DNA from: a virus
Direction: 5' to 3' (one strand)
Virus record (IMG/VR): IMGVR_UViG_3300031578_000005
Location: 1-64,000 of that record
Length of the DNA: 64,000 nt
The position numbers and the translations under genes were made by a program. Positions within the stretch are counted from its first letter, which is position 1. Every line of letters starts with the position of its first letter. Positions 59,066-64,000 of this stretch are shown piece after piece. The notes beneath the pieces are model-generated. The model had not been told where the DNA came from, did no database searches, and saw only the letters and a program-made list of their open reading frames with translations.

Positions 59066-60163
59066 ATGAAATTACTTGAAAAAATTAATTGGGAAGTCCT
59101 AGATACATATATTGAAAATGGATTGATTATGTCCAATAAGCATCCTGAATACGATATTTGGATTTTAAATTACACACCAAAAACACAATCAAAAAAGTTA
59201 TGGGATGTATATACTATATCATGTCGTGGATTAATTATCGATGTTGATGGTAATATTTTAGCCCGACCTTTTCAAAAATTTAAAAACTTTGAGGAACATG
59301 ATTCTTCAGAAATTGATATGTCATTACCTTTTGAAATATTTGAAAAGCGTGATGGATCATTAATTATATTATTTTACTACGAACTCAGAATGGAATGGAT
59401 TGTTGCATCAAGAGGTTCATTTGCTTCAGAACAATCAATTGAAGCTAAAAAAATATTAGAGTCAAAAGAAAATGCTTTTAAATTCTTAGACATAAAAAAT
59501 ACGTATTTATATGAAGTTCATTATGGCGAAAATAGAATTGTGGTAGATTATGGTGACTTAAGAGACGTGGTGTTATTAACTGTTATTAATTCAAAAACCG
59601 GCTATGAATTATCTTATGATGCAATGAATGAACAATATTCAAATTATTTTGCAATTGTCAAAAGGTTTGATATAAATATTAATTCACTGGATGATTTAAA
59701 AAAACTTGAAGAAGAAAATAAAGAAGGTTTTGTTGTTAAATTTTCGAACAATTTTAGAGTTAAAGTAAAATTTAGTGAATACATTAGATTGCATGGAATA
59801 TTAACAAATGTTTCAAACATAATTGTCTGGGAACATTTGAAGAATAACTATGATTTCGACACATTATTAGACAGAGTTCCTGACGAATTTTATTCATGGC
59901 TTAACAAAACCATTGATAAATTAAAAGGTAATTTCAATGAAATTGAAAGATTATCATTAAAAGAATTTATTAGAATTTACTATATTAATGAGATATCTAC
60001 TCGCAGAGAATTTGCAATGGAAGCAAAGAAGTGTAAATATCGATCGATCTTATTTAAATTGTATGATAAAAATCAATACGATGAAATTATCTGGAAAATG
60101 ATTAGACCAGTTTATAGTAAGCCGTTTTCTCGTCATTTTGAAAATAGTTTGGAAATTAATTAG
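59066..60163 (+). CDS. RNA ligase 1 (T4 Rnl1-like)
   Basis: CRGLI, RPFQKF.N, EKRDGSL (KxDG), SRGSF, EGFVV, RVKVK. Confidence 0.9.
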   Translation: MKLLEKINWEVLDTYIENGLIMSNKHPEYDIWILNYTPKTQSKKLWDVYTISCRGLIIDVDGNILARPFQKFKNFEEHDSSEIDMSLPFEIFEKRDGSLIILFYYELRMEWIVASRGSFASEQSIEAKKILESKENAFKFLDIKNTYLYEVHYGENRIVVDYGDLRDVVLLTVINSKTGYELSYDAMNEQYSNYFAIVKRFDININSLDDLKKLEEENKEGFVVKFSNNFRVKVKFSEYIRLHGILTNVSNIIVWEHLKNNYDFDTLLDRVPDEFYSWLNKTIDKLKGNFNEIERLSLKEFIRIYYINEISTRREFAMEAKKCKYRSILFKLYDKNQYDEIIWKMIRPVYSKPFSRHFENSLEIN

Positions 60164-60204
60164 TCCATTATACATTGTCATAGTATTTATATTAAAATAA
60201 TATT

Positions 60205-60999
60205 ATGGCATATGTATATAAACATCTCAGAAAAGATAATAATGATGTATTCTATATTGGCATTGGATTATCTAAAAATTTTAAACGAGCATATTCTAAA
60301 TGTAATAGAAATAACTATTGGAAAAATATTGTGAATAAAGTAGATTATATTATTGAAATTATTCATACAAATATTACATGGGAAGAAGCATGTAATATTG
60401 AAATAAAATTAATAAAAGAATATGGTCGAAAAGATTTGAATGAGGGTGAATTGGTTAATATGACTAACGGTGGAGATGGTATTGTTGGGTTAATTCAGAC
60501 TGATGAACATAGAAGAAAAAATAGTGAAGCAAATAAAGGAAGACCTAAAAGTACCAAACATATTGAAAAATTCAAAAATAGAATTCAGTCTGATGAAACC
60601 AAACGAAAAATTAGTTTAAAGAATAAAGGAAGAATTTGTACTGATGAAACCAAACGAAAAATTAGTGATAAATTAAAAAATAAGATGATTGGTGATAAAA
60701 ATCCGTTCTTTGGTAAAGAACATACTAATAAAGCTAAAGAACAAATAAGTAATTCCTTGAAAGGACGCAAATTGTCCGAAACAACAAAAAATAAAATATC
60801 TGAATCAAATAAAGGAAAAACTCGCATAATTTCCGAAAAATCAAAAATTAAAATGAGTATTTCTGCAAAACATAGAAACATTAGACCACCATCAAGAAAA
60901 GGAACGTGTTGGGTAACAAAAAATGGTGTAACTAAATCAATTAAAATTAATGATTTAGATTTTTACATTTTTGATGGTTGGGTAAGAGGACGTAAGTAA
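60205..60999 (+). CDS. GIY-YIG homing endonuclease with NUMOD3 repeats
   Basis: YVYKH...FYIGIG, N.T.GGDG, DETKRKIS repeats. Confidence 0.85.
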   Translation: MAYVYKHLRKDNNDVFYIGIGLSKNFKRAYSKCNRNNYWKNIVNKVDYIIEIIHTNITWEEACNIEIKLIKEYGRKDLNEGELVNMTNGGDGIVGLIQTDEHRRKNSEANKGRPKSTKHIEKFKNRIQSDETKRKISLKNKGRICTDETKRKISDKLKNKMIGDKNPFFGKEHTNKAKEQISNSLKGRKLSETTKNKISESNKGKTRIISEKSKIKMSISAKHRNIRPPSRKGTCWVTKNGVTKSIKINDLDFYIFDGWVRGRK

Positions 61000-61082
61000 T
61001 TATATAATTTTCTTTACTATTTATTAGTATGGATATTATTAAAATAATAAAAGAAGAAATTGAAACACTGATGTAGTATTGG

Positions 61083-61177
61083 TTATAACGGTTGGGTGTA
61101 TGAGAAGGTTTGCTTAGATGAACTTTCAAATTATCCACAACTGCTGATAGCAAACTTTCTTATACACCTTGTTATAC
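61083..61177 (-). repeat. attC-like site D
   Basis: TTATAAC...ggtgtatgagaaggtttgct / agcaaactttcttatacacc...GTTATAC. Confidence 0.8.
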
Positions 61178-61292
61178 ACAGTACGGTTTAATTAGGTAGA
61201 AACTAAATTGAAAACGAAATAAAAACTTTTTAAAAATGTGTGATGGAAAATTTAATTCTGAATATTTATATATAAAATAAAAACGAAATACT

Positions 61293-61685
61293 ATGAGTAA
61301 AGAAATTAGACAAATGATTGATAAAGTTAAGAACTTTAAGCAATTTGTGAATGAACAAAGAGTTCCATATAACGAATTACAAAATATGGTTAAAGATTTC
61401 TTGAATAAAGAAATTCAATTTACAATGGATGATATTCAAAAATATGTTGTTGGTAACATTGAAAGTATTGATTATCACACAAATGGTAGAGGGTTTGAAG
61501 TTAGTGTTGGTAATTATAAAAGTGGTGACGGTGTTAAAGATGGTAGGGGGTCATTATCAATATTTCCAGATGAAAATAAAATTATCTTTTCACATAATGA
61601 TTTTAAACCACACCCAGTTAGTGGTTTGAATGAATTTACGAATAATTTTTTTCAATTTATTAGTAAAATAGATTTCAAAAAATAG
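61293..61685 (+). CDS. Cassette-borne late protein with MSKEIRQMIDKVKNFKQFVNE leader
   Basis: Between sites D and E, with its own TATTTATA motif. Confidence 0.72.
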   Translation: MSKEIRQMIDKVKNFKQFVNEQRVPYNELQNMVKDFLNKEIQFTMDDIQKYVVGNIESIDYHTNGRGFEVSVGNYKSGDGVKDGRGSLSIFPDENKIIFSHNDFKPHPVSGLNEFTNNFFQFISKIDFKK

Positions 61686-61775
61686 TGAATATTTTTTGAA
61701 TGTAAAAATGTGTGGTGGAAATCTTTAAAAAGTTTTTTACATAGAACTTAATTTGAAACACTAATATAGTATTGT

Positions 61776-61866
61776 GTATAACGTTGAGTGTATGAAACGT
61801 AGCATGCACAACACTTAATATAAACCACTAACCTTGATTGGCTATGTTTTATACACGTTGTTATAA
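61776..61866 (-). repeat. attC-like site E
   Basis: GTATAAC...gtgtatgaaacgtagc / gctatgttttatacac...GTTATAA; tgtgtataac is complementary to gttatacaca of site D. Confidence 0.8.
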
Positions 61867-61976
61867 CCAGTACGGTAAAATTACCACAAATGTTAGATTG
61901 AAACACCGAACAAAAACTTTTAAAAATGTGTGACGGTAATATAATTACACTACTATTTATATTAAAATATTATTAT

Positions 61977-62299
61977 ATGGAAAATGAAATGAGAAAACTG
62001 ATTGACCAAGTTAAGAATTTTGGTAAATCATTAAACGAAAATGTTGGTAATACAACATACGCAATATATTTAGGAACTGATATTATTTATAATCATTTAT
62101 CTAATGAAAGATTAAAATCAGTACTCTATTCATTGGTGAAGATTTAGGTGAAGATTTAGGTGATTACATTATTGTTCAAAACGGAACAAACCACACCAAA
62201 CCAGCAGATGAATTAGGATGGGATTTGTCAAACGTAAAACCTTTTGATAACATTAATTCACTACGTACCAAAATAGATAATATTGCCAACAGAATTTAA
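61977..62299 (+). pseudogene. Frameshifted cassette gene with MENEMRKLIDQVKNFGKSLNE leader
   Basis: Stop at 62147 near the ggtgaagattta duplication; another frame continues to about 62299. Confidence 0.55.
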
Positions 62300-62374
62300 T
62301 TTTTTATTGTGGATTGGAGATTTTTAAAAGTTTTTGTAACAAAATGCTAATTAGAACGTATAATGTAGTATTGG

Positions 62375-62440
62375 TTATAACTATTATATATAAAACATAA
62401 CACTTAACTAATTGATTGTAAACATTAAAAACAAGTCAAC
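62375..62440. repeat. Array-terminal (attI-like) site, divergent copy 3
   Basis: tggttataac is complementary to gttataacca of site E, then TAACTA..ATATAAAAC resembling 745 and 32464. Confidence 0.5.
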
Positions 62441-62503
62441 TTTAGGAAAGTATAAAAAATTTTTTAAAGTTAAACGTAGTATTTAAAAATAATTTAAAAT
62501 TTT

Positions 62504-62533
62504 TGTAACATTTATTAGTTTATTACGTATTTA
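62504..62533 (+). promoter_or_regulatory. Putative promoter of tRNA operon 3 (TGTAAC-N16-CGTATTTA)
   Basis: Recurrent motif 32 nt upstream of leader 3. Confidence 0.7.
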
Positions 62534-62565
62534 TGATTAACTTTGTAGAATTAAAATTTGAAATA

Positions 62566-62667
62566 ATGAAAAAAGGTAACACATATTATAAAAAGTATTA
62601 TTATAAACATTATGTTTGTAAGACTGGCAATACTGTGTTGTTATCTGAAAAGGAAACTGATAATTAA
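62566..62667 (+). CDS. Leader peptide 3 MKKGNTYYKKYYYKHYVCKTGNTVLLSEKETDN
   Basis: 9 of 10 consecutive codons are Tyr/Lys; precedes terminator and Tyr/Lys tRNAs. Confidence 0.85.
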   Translation: MKKGNTYYKKYYYKHYVCKTGNTVLLSEKETDN

Positions 62668-62684
62668 AGATAAACGATACTAAC

Positions 62685-62723
62685 AAAAAACCCGGTCTTA
62701 ATTTAATAAGACCGGGTTTTTTT
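62685..62723 (+). terminator. Attenuator terminator 3
   Basis: aaaaaacccggtctta-atttaa-taagaccgggttttttt. Confidence 0.88.
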
Positions 62724-62743
62724 ATGCTTATTTTCATTGTAAT

Positions 62744-62824
62744 TGGGTGGTAGGTAAGTGGTTAAAACGGATTGACTGTAAATCAATTGCTTCGGCTTCG
62801 GGGGTTCGAATCCCTCCCGCCCAA
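62744..62824 (+). tRNA. tRNA-Tyr(GTA)
   Basis: attga-ctGTAaa-tcaat, variable arm gc-ttcg-gc. Confidence 0.88.
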
Positions 62825-62831
62825 CAATAAT

Positions 62832-62915
62832 GCATCCATGCCAGAGAGGTTATGGACTGGACTTTTAATCCAGACTCCGAACGGAGTAACGTAGATTCGA
62901 GTTCTACTGGATGCA
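62832..62915 (+). tRNA. tRNA-Lys(TTT) with long variable arm
   Basis: ctgga-ctTTTaa-tccag; extra arm actcc-gaac-ggagt. Confidence 0.8.
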
Positions 62916-62968
62916 CAGTGGGGACTGTTTATAATTTTCATAGTACATGAAAGCGTAGAAAATTAAAT

Positions 62969-63042
62969 GACTCCATAGCTCAATTGGTAGATGTAACTGG
63001 CCTTTAACCAGTGGGTTCTGGGTTCGAGTCCCAGTGGGGTCA
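62969..63042 (+). tRNA. tRNA-Lys(TTT)
   Basis: actgg-ccTTTaa-ccagt (C33). Confidence 0.82.
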
Positions 63043-63126
63043 CTAACTAAACTTTAATGAACTGAAGTTTTGTCAACCACCAATCATGATTAGGTTCATA
63101 GGCGGGGAAGATTTATAAGTTCAAAC

Positions 63127-63194
63127 GCCAACGATTCAGGGTATGGACGGCTCTGTAAAAGCCCAGCCTGAAGGTTCGAGTCCTTCCGGTGGCA
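63127..63194 (+). tRNA. Compact 68-nt tRNA-like gene with GTA (Tyr) anticodon
   Basis: gccaacg/cggtggc, short D arm, ggct-ctGTAaa-agcc, canonical T arm. Confidence 0.6.
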
Positions 63195-63325
63195 CAATGT
63201 TTAATTAAGTAGCTATCAATTTATTATGATAACTACTTAATTAAAATATTTAAATTACTTGCATTTTTATTTAAGATTAATTATCTTTGTTGAAAATAAC
63301 TTTATTTTAATGCTTATGTATAAAA

Positions 63326-64000
63326 ATGGCAAATAATAAAAAGAAAGTAACTACTGTAGTTACTACAACAACAGAAATCATTAATAATCCCATCAATGAA
63401 AAAACTCAAATAATCTGTATTCTTGATAGAAGTGGTTCTATGTCAAGTATTATGTCAGACAGTATTGGTGGATTTAATACTTTTCTTAAACAGCAAAAGG
63501 AATTAAAAGACGAAGCAACATTAACAATTGCATTATTTGATGACAAATATGAAATGCTTTATGATGATGTTGACATTAAAAAAGTTGATGAACTCACCAA
63601 TAAGATTTGGTATCCTCGTGGAACTACTGCATTATATGATGCAATTGGAAAGACAATTAATACCGTTAAAGCAAATCATTTAAAATCTGGCAACGAAAAA
63701 CCCACCAAAGTACTGGTATGTATTGTAACTGATGGACATGAAAATGCCAGTAGCGAATATGGACATGACATGATTAAAAAACTCATTAAAGATTGTGAAG
63801 ATGATGATTGGAATTTTATTTATTTTGGCGCAAACCAAGATGCATTTGCAGTAGGAAATTCACTTAATATTAGTGGAAATAATACATACACTTATACATC
63901 TACCAGTACTGGTGTTCAAGATATGTCATTTATATTAAGCAATACTGTAACTAGCTATCGTTCAATGAATACTAGTGATAGTAATTTTAAATATTCCTCC
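63326..64000 (+). CDS. von Willebrand factor A domain protein (runs off the window)
   Basis: ILDRSGSM (MIDAS), PRGTTALYDAIG, VTDGHENAS. Confidence 0.88.
   Translation, partial: MANNKKKVTTVVTTTTEIINNPINEKTQIICILDRSGSMSSIMSDSIGGFNTFLKQQKELKDEATLTIALFDDKYEMLYDDVDIKKVDELTNKIWYPRGTTALYDAIGKTINTVKANHLKSGNEKPTKVLVCIVTDGHENASSEYGHDMIKKLIKDCEDDDWNFIYFGANQDAFAVGNSLNISGNNTYTYTSTSTGVQDMSFILSNTVTSYRSMNTSDSNFKYSS

Noticed and set aside
1-64000. Stop-codon reassignment as seen in some large phages
   Set aside because: Long essential genes are intact under code 11, TAG and TGA both end ORFs, and no suppressor tRNA is seen.

Overview
AT-rich segment of a large T4-like (myovirus-type) jumbo phage genome, standard genetic code. 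The host is probably Bacteroidota (TAnnTTTG-type promoters, A-rich ribosome-binding regions without Shine-Dalgarno). The window holds the head/packaging module (neck proteins, major capsid, scaffold, prohead protease, portal with three inteins, large terminase), a baseplate-hub-like protein with an SLT, and many homing endonucleases. It also holds an IS607-family element carrying an extra helicase gene, integron-like attC cassette arrays, about 22 tRNA/tRNA-like genes, a tmRNA and RNA-repair genes. Main observation: each of the three tRNA clusters is preceded by a shared promoter motif, a short unannotated leader ORF whose codons match the tRNAs of that cluster (Pro/Gln/His; Leu/Val/Asp/Ala/Glu/Trp; Tyr/Lys), and a terminator whose 5' arm can instead pair with the leader. 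This is the architecture of a ribosome-mediated attenuator, here apparently letting the phage sense shortage of specific charged tRNAs and switch on the matching tRNA genes. All calls were made by eye from motifs; no searches or folding programs were run.
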